A stretch of DNA of 64,000 bases from Verrucomicrobiales bacterium (GTDB taxonomy: Bacteria > Verrucomicrobiota > Verrucomicrobiia > Limisphaerales > UBA9464). A program made the position numbers and the translations under genes. Where the stretch lies: NCBI GenBank assembly GCA_027489875.1, contig JAIXZE010000093.1:974-64973 (forward strand). The letters are read 5' to 3'. The notes under the pieces were generated by a model that did no database searches, was not told where the DNA came from, and saw only the letters and a program-made list of their open reading frames with translations. Below, one piece after another: positions 27,797 through 36,662 of this stretch. Positions within the stretch are counted from its first letter, which is position 1; the number at the start of each line of letters is the position of its first letter.

Positions 27797-29146
27797 GTGT
27801 TCCGCAAAAGACTTTTCCGGGGGGATGCACGGCGATCCACGGGGACTTTCTGGATGTTCCTTTGTCTCTGGGCGACCTGCATGGGGGGTCATTCGCAGGG
27901 ACTCCCGGTGCTTCAGGGATTGTTTCCGCTGACCCTCGATTATCGGCCCTACCAGTCGCCGGTGAAGAACCAGGGCGGCCGCGGCACGTGCACGGCGTTC
28001 TCGGTGGCTGCCATGTTCGAGACCTTTGATGGCGTTCCCGCCGATGTGAGCGAGCAGGGTGCCTATGGGTTCCTGAAGCTGATGGAACTCGGGGAGGGGG
28101 ACGTCGGGTCGGGTGGGTTGCTCTCGTATTATCCGCAGATGCTTTCGAAGGCGGGGTTCATGCACGAGAGCGTGGCCCCGTACGATCCCAAGGCGGGACT
28201 CTGGAGCAAGGACGACAGCCTGCTGAAGAAGTACATCGAGGAGGGAAAGACCGGCATTGCCGACCTGGTGAAGCGGGCGGGAACAACCCGGTACTCGGTG
28301 GATCCAGGCAACACCGTCTTCCTCCAGGATGCGGAGGCGGGTGACGTCCAGAACATCAAGCGACTCCTGGTCACCGGACATCGGGCCATCGCGGTCGGAT
28401 ACAACCAGCTCTATGCCCCGCACTGGAGCGGTTACAAGAACGGCCTGATCGCACCTGCGGAAGGTTTCCTCTATGCCATCAGCAACCGTGCCTATGCCTA
28501 CGCGTCCGCACGGTTGCTGCGTCCACGACTGGTGGAGGATGTCATCGCTGGACGCGTGCAGGTGCGCCGGGCGTATCCGGACAAGCCGGACGATTACGGT
28601 GGCCATGCCGTCACGATCGTTGGCTATACGGACGAGGGATTCATCATCAAGAACAGCTGGGGACGCGGATGGGGCATGGAAGGATACGGCGTCGTCCGGT
28701 TTGATTATCATCGGATGTTTTGCGACGAGGCCCTCGCGATCAAGGATGTCGCCGTGTACGTGCAACCGGGTGCGGTGCATCCGCGGCCCATGATCTTTCT
28801 CAAGAGCCGTCCGACAGGAATCGATGCGAAAGCCAGCCTGCGCCTGTCCCTGTTTGGCCCACAGGAAGGTGGACTGCCGATTGCCCGCAGCCTGCGTTAC
28901 GAGGTGTACGAGCAGTTGCCGGATGGAACCCGCGGGCGTTTGGTGGCGTTCCCGCCGCCGACTCCGTTGACCAGCACGGGCACTGGCTACCCGGTGGACG
29001 TACTCACGGGCGGAAGCGCTGCCGCCGCGGGCGGAAAACAGAAGTTCTGGGTGCAGATCACCTTCGCCGGGGCGGGACAACTGATGGAACGGATCGTGAT
29101 CTTTCCGAACGTGGTCTGGGCGAACCAGGAATACCTCGGCCACTGA
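27797..29146 (+). CDS. secreted papain-family (C1) cysteine peptidase
   Basis: The active-site Cys context is 'KNQGGRGTCTAFS' and the His context is 'GGHAVTIVGY...IIKNSWG..WG..GY'. A signal-like sequence 'MFLCLWATCMGG' is present, so the start may be at 27854. Confidence 0.8.
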   Translation: MFRKRLFRGDARRSTGTFWMFLCLWATCMGGHSQGLPVLQGLFPLTLDYRPYQSPVKNQGGRGTCTAFSVAAMFETFDGVPADVSEQGAYGFLKLMELGEGDVGSGGLLSYYPQMLSKAGFMHESVAPYDPKAGLWSKDDSLLKKYIEEGKTGIADLVKRAGTTRYSVDPGNTVFLQDAEAGDVQNIKRLLVTGHRAIAVGYNQLYAPHWSGYKNGLIAPAEGFLYAISNRAYAYASARLLRPRLVEDVIAGRVQVRRAYPDKPDDYGGHAVTIVGYTDEGFIIKNSWGRGWGMEGYGVVRFDYHRMFCDEALAIKDVAVYVQPGAVHPRPMIFLKSRPTGIDAKASLRLSLFGPQEGGLPIARSLRYEVYEQLPDGTRGRLVAFPPPTPLTSTGTGYPVDVLTGGSAAAAGGKQKFWVQITFAGAGQLMERIVIFPNVVWANQEYLGH

Positions 29147-29153
29147 ACCGGGC

Positions 29154-30209
29154 ATGCTGACCTGGCTTGCCCATCGACTGGACGGTGAACTGAAGGCGGA
29201 CGAGGTCGTGGACTTCTATCCGGCGTTGGCGTGGCGGTCGGGGACGCATTGGAAGTTGCGGGTCCGAGGATGCGTCTATGAACCGTCAACGGTCCCCGGC
29301 GTGACCCGACTCCTGCGGCGCTGGCTGGGCGTGGATCCCGACGGTTTGGATCCGGCGGCGCGGGCGTTGGTCGCACGTCGGCTCGCGCCCTTCCTCGTGG
29401 ACAAGGAGCGGGGAAAGCGATTCCACCTGCACCTCGGCCCGCATGAACGGGTGTTCGGGATGACGCAGGCCAACGGTCACTTTGACGGGACATTCCGGTT
29501 CTCGGACAGCGAATGGGCTCAGTCGGGATTGCCCACTTCCCATGCCGCGAAGGTTCCGGTGCGGCTCCGCGCGCGCCGGATCGGACGCGACCTTTTGATG
29601 CCGGTGCAGGTGGTGGCGGGCGGCGGGTGGAGTGTCGTGAGCGACATCGACGACACGGTGAAGATCACGGACGTGCCCAACCGCCGCGAGACGGTGCTGA
29701 ACACGTTTGCGCGTCCGTTTCGCGCGGTCGAGGGCGTGGCGGAAGCCTTCGCGGCGTGGGGCCGGGAGTTCGATCCCGACTGGCATTATGTGAGTGGCGG
29801 GCCGTGGCAGTTGTGGGCGGCGCTGGAGGAGTTCCGGGTGGAAGCAGGCCTGCCGATGGGTTCGTGGCACATGCAGGAGTTCCGGGCAAAGGACCGTTCC
29901 GCGCTGCGCTTTCTGGGAGCTCCCGTGAAGCACAAGGTGGCCGAGATCCGGCAGTTGATCCGGATGGATCCGACGCGGCGGTTCATCCTGGTGGGCGACT
30001 CCGGCCAGGGTGACCCCGAGATCTATGGGCAGGTTGCCCGCGAGTTCCCGGGGCGGATCGCGTGGATCTGGATCCGGGAATTGGGCGACGCAGGTGCGGA
30101 CGCACCCCGATATGAGAAGGCCTTCGGCAATGGCGAGGTCGAGGGCTGGGGTGTCTACCAGACCGGGCGTGAGTTGAAGGCGTGGCGAGGGCCGGTGGGG
30201 GGATTTTGA
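29154..30209 (+). CDS. App1-family phosphatidate phosphatase-like protein (DUF2183)
   Basis: The HAD-like 'VVSDIDDTVK' and 'FILVGDSGQGDPEIY' motifs are present. Confidence 0.7.
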   Translation: MLTWLAHRLDGELKADEVVDFYPALAWRSGTHWKLRVRGCVYEPSTVPGVTRLLRRWLGVDPDGLDPAARALVARRLAPFLVDKERGKRFHLHLGPHERVFGMTQANGHFDGTFRFSDSEWAQSGLPTSHAAKVPVRLRARRIGRDLLMPVQVVAGGGWSVVSDIDDTVKITDVPNRRETVLNTFARPFRAVEGVAEAFAAWGREFDPDWHYVSGGPWQLWAALEEFRVEAGLPMGSWHMQEFRAKDRSALRFLGAPVKHKVAEIRQLIRMDPTRRFILVGDSGQGDPEIYGQVAREFPGRIAWIWIRELGDAGADAPRYEKAFGNGEVEGWGVYQTGRELKAWRGPVGGF

Positions 30210-30280
30210 AGTTTGAGGATGGACTCCGCCCCGTGACCTCGTGGGCTACACACGGAGAGGTAGGCTGCATGTCCTCACCG

Positions 30281-30414
30281 GGCGCATCTTGACACTGCCC
30301 ACTTTTGGAAAGGATTCGGGGCGGCGATGTCCTCATCGCCATTGGGAATGGCTTTGGAACGGCGACGAGGACGTCGCCACCCCGTTCCCTGGGCGGCAGT
30401 GTCAAGATGCGCCC
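30281..30414. repeat. Family-B nested-hairpin element, full copy 2
   Basis: Same architecture as 7266-7397. The outer stem 'gggcgcatcttgacactgcc' / 'ggcagtgtcaagatgcgccc' carries a compensatory G:C to T:A change relative to copy 1. Confidence 0.8.
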
Positions 30415-30440
30415 GCCCTCACGCGGCGGAACGTGGACAT

Positions 30441-30467
30441 CGCCGGGTGGGGGCACCCGGCCTTCAC
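30441..30467. repeat. Family-C hairpin, single inverted copy
   Basis: 'cgccgggtgggggcacccggccttcac' is the reverse complement of 'gtgaaggccgggtgcccccacccggcg'. Confidence 0.7.
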
Positions 30468-30497
30468 TTTGCGACCATCACGGACTCCTGACGTCCC

Positions 30498-33400
30498 CTA
30501 CCGGAGGGATGCCAGGAATTCGAGGATGTCCCGGAGTTCCAGCGGTGTGAGGAGATCGGCGAGACCTTCGGGCATCGCGGAGAGCCCGCCTTCGGCGGGC
30601 TTGTATCCTTCGGCATACGCCTTGTTGGGATAGACAAGGGCCTCGAGCAGATAGGTGCGGTCGCGCAACTTCCCAATGCCATCGAGGGCGGGCCCGACCG
30701 TGCCGCCATCACCGCCGATCTTGTGGCAGCGGAGGCATTGGACCTGGGGATGGTTCTTGAACAGCACGCCACCGCGAACCGCGTCGCCGCCCTTGAGCAC
30801 GGCGGCACGGCTGGCGATGGGATCGTTCGTGGGATTCTGCGTGAGCCATTGGTCGCGGGCGGCCTTGAGCGGAGCGGATGCGGCATTGCGGAGCTCGGCA
30901 GCACTGAGGACATCGAGATGGAGTTCAGGCCGCAGCTTTCCGGTGAGGAGTTCATGGAATGCCGCGAGCAGGAGCGCGTCGGCATCGGCATTGCCGAGGT
31001 TGGCGAGGGCCGCGTACGCGGCCTGGTGAACGGGGAGCGGCGTCCCGGGTTGGAGCAAGGGCTTCAAGACAGGCAGTGCATTCGCGGGATCCAGCCGATC
31101 CAGATACGGCAGCGCCGCCGCGCGTGTGCCGTTGTCGGCATCGGCCAAGGCCATTCGGACCGCATCCGGCGCCTGGATGGCGTTGATGCCGGCGAGGAAG
31201 TTCACGATGGCGCGACGGACTGCTGCCGGTGTGTTGGTTTGGCTGAACTTCTCGAACAACGGTTGCGCGGCTTCCTTGGTGCGGAGCGCGCTGGCCGTTT
31301 CGATCAGGGCCAACTGGACCTCCACCGGCGCGGGCCCTCCCGGGATCACCTGACCGTACTCGTCCGGCGTCGATGGATTCAGGATCTCGTCGGCCACCCG
31401 CAGGAAGGCGCGTCGTGCCGGTTCCGGGTTTCGCTTCAGCGCCATGGCGACGTCGTACGGCGTCGATCGGCCAAGGTCGTCGGGAAGGAGGGGCAGGGGA
31501 CTGGACCGGACCGGTGGGTTCGCGGCGGCGGCCCGTTCGAGCAATGGATTGACCGCAGTGGCTGCTGATTCGGCCGGCGCCGTGTCGGTGCGTCCAAGCG
31601 TGACGGCCGGACGCCAGAGGCCGTTGACGCGGTCGAGGGCTGGGGGCTTGGGCCAGTCGGCCAGCGCACGCAGGGCGAGCGCTCGATGGGCGGGGGAGGG
31701 ATCACGCCGCTTGGCCAGGGAGGCGAGCGTCTGGGCATGCTGCGCCGTCCCCATGCGGAACGCGGCGTCGATGGAACGCGACAGGAGCGCCGGAGGACAA
31801 TCGATGCGCGTGAGCAACGCAGCCAATGCCGGCATCCCGGCCACGACGGGCGCGTCGTGGATGGCCCGGCCCGCGGCGATCACGACCCGCGGATCCGCAT
31901 CCGAAAGCAGGTTGGTGAGGAAGGGATGGCGGAGGCTACGGAGCGCGAGCGTGGCGGCGACCCGGACGTTGGGATCTGCGTCGCGGGTCAGGGCCTGAAG
32001 CGGTCCGCTCACGGGCCCCGTTTGCGGCCGAGTCGACGTGGACTGTTCCAGTCGGACCCAGTGCCGGACGGCCGCGTGAATGAGGAAGGGATCGGCCCCG
32101 GCATTGGCGGCGACCAGCTTCCGGGTCGCCTCCACAGAAGGACGGTGCTCGGGCCCGACCAGCGAACCGAGTCCCATTGCTCCGGCAAAGCGGACGGCGG
32201 CATCCGGGCTTTCCGTGGCGAGTCGGGCGAGGGCGTTCTCGGCCTTCATCACGCCCGCATCCCCGAGCAATCGAGCGGCGACCGCCTGGACCTTGGCGTC
32301 GTCGGATTCCAGCAGCGGAACGAGTCCGGCGAGATCGGTGCCGGGATGCGCCCGCACGATCTGACCGATGGCCCACAGTGCGTGGCGTCGGGCGAGGGAC
32401 GGATGCGTTCCCAGGGCGAGTTGAATCAGCGCGGGGAGTTCACCCGCGCCGCGCCGCGCGAGTTCGAATTGGCCTTCAAGGCGCACACGACGGTCCGGAT
32501 GCGCCAGCAGCGCGCGGAGCTTGTCCGGGGCTTGGTCCGCAACCCCACGGGCGAGGATCGACCGCACCTCGGACGAGACGGCGAGCTCGGTTGCGGAAGG
32601 CGGTGTCGCCGGCGTGATGCGATAGATGCGGCCCTTCATCGGTTGGCCCCAACCGGCGACCCAGTCGAGGACGTACGCGGCACCGTCGGGGCCGAAGTCG
32701 ACGTCGGTGGGCCAGCAGTTCCAGAGGAACTTCGACTTCGAAGCGACGGTGTAGGAGGCCCCGCGTGGCTGGACCGTAAAGGACCAGATGCCGCCCGGGA
32801 AATCGCAGTGGAGGAAGGTGTCCTTGAGTTGGGATCCGAAGCCGGTGCCCGGGTAGAAGGCGAGTCCGCTGGGTCCCTGGCTGACGGTGCCGGCGAGAGG
32901 CAGGATGTTGTCCTGACCGCCCTTCCAGAGTTCCTCCTGCACCCACGGACCGAAGCCCGGGTGATGCTGGTAGCTGGCGCGCCAGCCATAGTCGCCATCC
33001 TCGACGAGGTGCAGCACGCGGCACGGATCCGCGCCCGCGGTGTCGTTGTCGACGGTCCAGAGGTTGCCGTCGTCGTCGAAGGCCAGTTCCTGCGGATTGC
33101 GCAATCCGATGCAGAAGACCTCGAGGTTCCGCCCGTCGGGTTCGCAGCGGAGCACCGCGCCCATGTCGGGCAGTTCAATGACACGACCCTCGCGGTTGGT
33201 GATGTGCGCGCCGCGGTCGCCGAAGCTCATGTAGAGCCGGCCGTCCGGTCCAAAGATCAGGCCGTGCAGGTCATGGCCGGAGACACCTACGTGGACTCCG
33301 AAGCCGTTCGCCAGCGACTCGCGCTTGGGTGCTTCGCCGGGCTGCGTCGGAAGGGAGAGCTTCCAGAGGTTGGGGATGTTCGCGAAGTAGACCGCGTCGC

Positions 33401-33896
33401 GCGTCGCGAGCACGCCGGCCGCGGTGCCGTCCGCAGCGGTGTTGAAGCCCTCGGCGTGAATGGTCGAATGGTCGGCCACGCTGTCGCCATCACGGTCCTC
33501 GACCAGTCGGACGATCTCGGAGTCGCGGGTGAGGAAGTCGGGATCGATGGCGTCGAACTGGGACTCCAGGAAGGCGGAACGTTCGGGGACGTTCCGGAAG
33601 GAGAGATCGTTGAGGAGCCAGTTGGTCTTCTGCGTGATGTCGAAGATCGATCGTGCCCAGCGATGGGATTCCGCGATCCACGCGCGGCCCTTGGGATCGA
33701 TGTGGAATGCCACCCCGTTGGAGAGTTGGGGTTCCATCGCCCAGACCTTGAGCGCGAACCCGGGCGCGAGCTGGAACTTGGCCGCCTGGTCGCTCGCCGC
33801 CGCCAACGCCGCGGCATTGGTCGCGTGCTGGCCCAACAGCGTCGGGGCTGCCGTCATCCCCGCGAACAGGATCGTGATCGTGCTCAGAATCCGCAT
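30498..33896 (-). CDS. PVC-type heme-binding CxxCH protein (membrane-bound dehydrogenase-like domain, HEAT repeats, C-terminal cytochrome c)
   Basis: The signal peptide is 'MRILSTITILFAGMTAAPTLLG', giving a start at 33896. An N-terminal beta-propeller-like dehydrogenase region is followed by long HEAT-like helical repeats and a C-terminal 'CLRCHKIGGDGG'. Confidence 0.8.
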   Translation of the reverse strand: MRILSTITILFAGMTAAPTLLGQHATNAAALAAASDQAAKFQLAPGFALKVWAMEPQLSNGVAFHIDPKGRAWIAESHRWARSIFDITQKTNWLLNDLSFRNVPERSAFLESQFDAIDPDFLTRDSEIVRLVEDRDGDSVADHSTIHAEGFNTAADGTAAGVLATRDAVYFANIPNLWKLSLPTQPGEAPKRESLANGFGVHVGVSGHDLHGLIFGPDGRLYMSFGDRGAHITNREGRVIELPDMGAVLRCEPDGRNLEVFCIGLRNPQELAFDDDGNLWTVDNDTAGADPCRVLHLVEDGDYGWRASYQHHPGFGPWVQEELWKGGQDNILPLAGTVSQGPSGLAFYPGTGFGSQLKDTFLHCDFPGGIWSFTVQPRGASYTVASKSKFLWNCWPTDVDFGPDGAAYVLDWVAGWGQPMKGRIYRITPATPPSATELAVSSEVRSILARGVADQAPDKLRALLAHPDRRVRLEGQFELARRGAGELPALIQLALGTHPSLARRHALWAIGQIVRAHPGTDLAGLVPLLESDDAKVQAVAARLLGDAGVMKAENALARLATESPDAAVRFAGAMGLGSLVGPEHRPSVEATRKLVAANAGADPFLIHAAVRHWVRLEQSTSTRPQTGPVSGPLQALTRDADPNVRVAATLALRSLRHPFLTNLLSDADPRVVIAAGRAIHDAPVVAGMPALAALLTRIDCPPALLSRSIDAAFRMGTAQHAQTLASLAKRRDPSPAHRALALRALADWPKPPALDRVNGLWRPAVTLGRTDTAPAESAATAVNPLLERAAAANPPVRSSPLPLLPDDLGRSTPYDVAMALKRNPEPARRAFLRVADEILNPSTPDEYGQVIPGGPAPVEVQLALIETASALRTKEAAQPLFEKFSQTNTPAAVRRAIVNFLAGINAIQAPDAVRMALADADNGTRAAALPYLDRLDPANALPVLKPLLQPGTPLPVHQAAYAALANLGNADADALLLAAFHELLTGKLRPELHLDVLSAAELRNAASAPLKAARDQWLTQNPTNDPIASRAAVLKGGDAVRGGVLFKNHPQVQCLRCHKIGGDGGTVGPALDGIGKLRDRTYLLEALVYPNKAYAEGYKPAEGGLSAMPEGLADLLTPLELRDILEFLASLR

Positions 33897-33987
33897 GACC
33901 GGAGACCCTACGACGCAAGGGCCCATTCGGAAAGCGGTACGACGAATTCGCTGATGCGCGGATGGAAATGGACCCCCACCCCAAATC

Positions 33988-34090
33988 ACGGACGGGGTGG
34001 CGACGTCCACGTCGCCTCCCAAGCCCGCACCCAATGCGATGAGGACATCGCTGCCCCGCTTACGGACGGGGTGGCGACGTCCCCGTCGCC
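33988..34090. repeat. Family-B mini-hairpins (three)
   Basis: The 29-mer 'acggacggggtggcgacgtcc(a/c)cgtcgcc' occurs at 33988 and 34062, with 'gcgatgaggacatcgc' between them at 34036-34051. Confidence 0.75.
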
Positions 34091-34147
34091 CTTAGAAAGC
34101 CCCAGGAACGGGAACGAACGTGGCACATCCCCGTTCTTGGAGGGGAG

Positions 34148-36019
34148 CTAACGGGGTGTGCCCAATTCAACGAACCGGGTTTCGCCGGGTGGGACGTCGA
34201 CGCGCACGGGCGCGTTGGTGGAGTAGACCGTCCCGGTGAGCCATTCCACTACGCGGGTGGGCGCGAATCGGGGCGTGAGGGTGACGCGAGCCACCACCTC
34301 CGGGAACACGCGCGCCGGGGTCCGTCCGGTTTTCACCACGCCGTCGTTGTTGATCAACTCGATCACCCAGCCAGATTGGTTCCGGTTGATCTGGTACTGG
34401 ATGGGATCGCCCTCGACGCCGATGGGCAGGAGTTCCGTGGCGAGCTGCGCGAGGCGTTCATCGGAGATCGCCGCAGGTCGACGTGTCTCGGGGTTCTGCC
34501 ACGTGTCGACGATTTCGACCGCGCCCGCAGCGCGTAGTCGGTCGAGCACTCCCGGCGGCATCGCGGCCGTATGGCGCGGATGGATCAGCAACCGACTTCC
34601 AGCCCGCAACGCCGTGCGGAGTTCGTGGAGGAAGGCCCTCGGGAAATCAACTTCGCCCGCGAGCAGGATCACCGGGTAACGAGCCATGTGCGCGCCCGTG
34701 ACGGTCGAGAGGGCGACATCCGCCATTTCGCCGTGGCGGGTCGGATTCAGATAACGCGCCTCGGGATTGGCCGGGTTGCCCGGAACAGGCAGCCTACGTG
34801 CGCTGTGGTAGAGCTGCACTTCGAGCAGGTCGGCGATTTCCTGGTCGGCCGGCGTTCGGGGGAGCACGCCCCACGTGAGTCCCTGGTAACCGTTGTAGCC
34901 CGCGAGGTGGTCGAGGACGACGAGCAGTGGCGTGTGCGGATTTCCGCGGTCGTGGGAACGCATGAAGCGGAACGCTTCCGCGGCGGCCTCGCCATGCGAG
35001 GTGAGTTCCCACGGCGCACGGTCGGTCGTGAAGAAGCTGTTGAAGCTGTTCTCCGGCGTCACCATCGCGGCCCCGGCGAACCACGCGTGACGCCACATCC
35101 GCAAGTAGAGGCTCAACGAATGCCCCGCATCGAGCCCCTGCGCGGTCGGGCTGTTGGTGTCGAGGGGACCGCGCGTCGTGACGGCGTTCCCGAACCAGGG
35201 GCTGACCTGCACGGTCCAAGGAATGTTCCACTGACGCGAAGCCCCGCGCGCGAAGGCGAACTTCGATTGCGTGAACCCGATGTTCTCCCCGACCTCCAAC
35301 CCGATCACCGACGCCCCCCACTCGGCGGCATAGGCTTCGTAGTGCGAGTGTCCCGTGACGCTGATCAGGCGTCCGCCCTTGGCCTGCCGATGCCACAGAT
35401 AATACGCCTGCAACTGGTCGTGGCATTCGCGTCGGGAGGTTGGCTTCGGATCGTACCCCATGCTCTCGACCGGTTTCAGGAACTGGTCCTTCTCCGACTC
35501 GAAGTCCGGTCCGAGGACAGCCTTCATCCAGCCCGCGTCGGATCGGAGCCGATGGAAGTGATATCCCCATTCGCCGAGCTGGATGGCGTTGAACACGCCG
35601 GCCTGGTCGAGCACGCGGACCGCCGATTCATCCTCGCGGTGGAGCACGCTGGTGCTGCCTTGAAGCTGCATCCGTCCGCCGTCGGGCGGATAGAGGATCA
35701 CGGGCCAGCCCAGCTTCGCGAGGTACTCGAAGGCCGGACGCGACCCCGCCACCGCCGCCGGCCCCGGATCAAAGGCCGATGCCAGATGCCGCTCGCGCAG
35801 GAAGGTGACGAGCGACTCGAGTTCCTTTGGATCGCCGGGACAGGCGTACAACGAGAAGTGGAAGTTCGTCGTGCCCGGAAGCAGACGTGGCTCCGGCGGA
35901 GAAGCCTTCAACCACGCGGGTGCGTTGGTGCCTGGTGACGCCGCGTTACAGACCAACGCCGCCAACATGCCGATCGCCACGACCACACCACTCCCGCCAA
36001 ACCACCCTCGACAACGCAT
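34148..36019 (-). CDS. hypothetical secreted protein (possibly glycoside-hydrolase-like)
   Basis: The start ATG at 36019 ('MRCRGWFGGSGVVVAIGMLAALVCNAASP') is signal-like. No motif recognised with confidence. Confidence 0.5.
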   Translation of the reverse strand: MRCRGWFGGSGVVVAIGMLAALVCNAASPGTNAPAWLKASPPEPRLLPGTTNFHFSLYACPGDPKELESLVTFLRERHLASAFDPGPAAVAGSRPAFEYLAKLGWPVILYPPDGGRMQLQGSTSVLHREDESAVRVLDQAGVFNAIQLGEWGYHFHRLRSDAGWMKAVLGPDFESEKDQFLKPVESMGYDPKPTSRRECHDQLQAYYLWHRQAKGGRLISVTGHSHYEAYAAEWGASVIGLEVGENIGFTQSKFAFARGASRQWNIPWTVQVSPWFGNAVTTRGPLDTNSPTAQGLDAGHSLSLYLRMWRHAWFAGAAMVTPENSFNSFFTTDRAPWELTSHGEAAAEAFRFMRSHDRGNPHTPLLVVLDHLAGYNGYQGLTWGVLPRTPADQEIADLLEVQLYHSARRLPVPGNPANPEARYLNPTRHGEMADVALSTVTGAHMARYPVILLAGEVDFPRAFLHELRTALRAGSRLLIHPRHTAAMPPGVLDRLRAAGAVEIVDTWQNPETRRPAAISDERLAQLATELLPIGVEGDPIQYQINRNQSGWVIELINNDGVVKTGRTPARVFPEVVARVTLTPRFAPTRVVEWLTGTVYSTNAPVRVDVPPGETRFVELGTPR

Positions 36020-36482
36020 GCGGGTAAGGTCCCGGAGTCCAGCCGCCTCTGGAAGACCCGATTCGGATGGGGAAGGGGGAGCGTCACGCGCGAAGAGCCG
36101 ACCCTCCACGGAAAGGGTGTTGTGCCACAGTGAACTGGCAGTTCGCGTCCTCTTCGCGGCTTTGAGGCTTGGCGGCTTATTCGGCCTTTCCTCTCCACGG
36201 AAAGAATGGACCGGAAAAGCCGCAAAGCCGCGAAGCCTCAAAGGAAAACGGGCGGCAGGGAGTATCGGGCGCTGCTTTTGCCGGTGAGCCTGCTTGCTGT
36301 GAGAAAGGAGGGGTGTGCATGGGACTCGAAATCAGCGAACGATTCCCGAGTGCACTGGCAGGTACCGATGGATGGCGTTTTGCCTGGTGAGTCCAGAAGG
36401 GAGGCAGTTGACCCCAACCTCGAAGTCAATGGAACCATCCCGTCCATGATCCACCCGGGCGCATCCTGATGATTCCTGGTTT

Positions 36483-36519
36483 TGTAACGGGGTGGCGACG
36501 TCCTCGTCGCCCTGTTACA
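36483..36519. repeat. Family-B mini-hairpin with extended stem
   Basis: In 'tgtaacggggtggcgacgtcctcgtcgccctgttaca', tgtaac/gttaca flank the ggcgacg-tcct-cgtcgcc hairpin. Confidence 0.75.
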
Positions 36520-36662
36520 TGATCGTCGGAAGTTGACCACGACGTCGTCGCCGTAATTCAGGCGGGCCAGTGTCAACGAGCACCCGACGCAAGCTGTCTA
36601 TCGAAGCACCCTTCTATGGTTCAGGCGATCCACGTTGCCTGGTGCCGATGCGTGGCCCTGCC

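Noticed and set aside
36305-36390. A small plus-strand ORF (23 aa, 'MGLEISERFPSALAGTDGWRFAW') with a canonical 'aaggagg' Shine-Dalgarno 7 nt upstream, located between brxHI and the next gene.
   Set aside because: There is no supporting evidence beyond the Shine-Dalgarno-like sequence. It is very short, has no recognisable peptide family, and lies in a repeat-containing intergenic region. It is worth only a glance in ribosome-profiling data.
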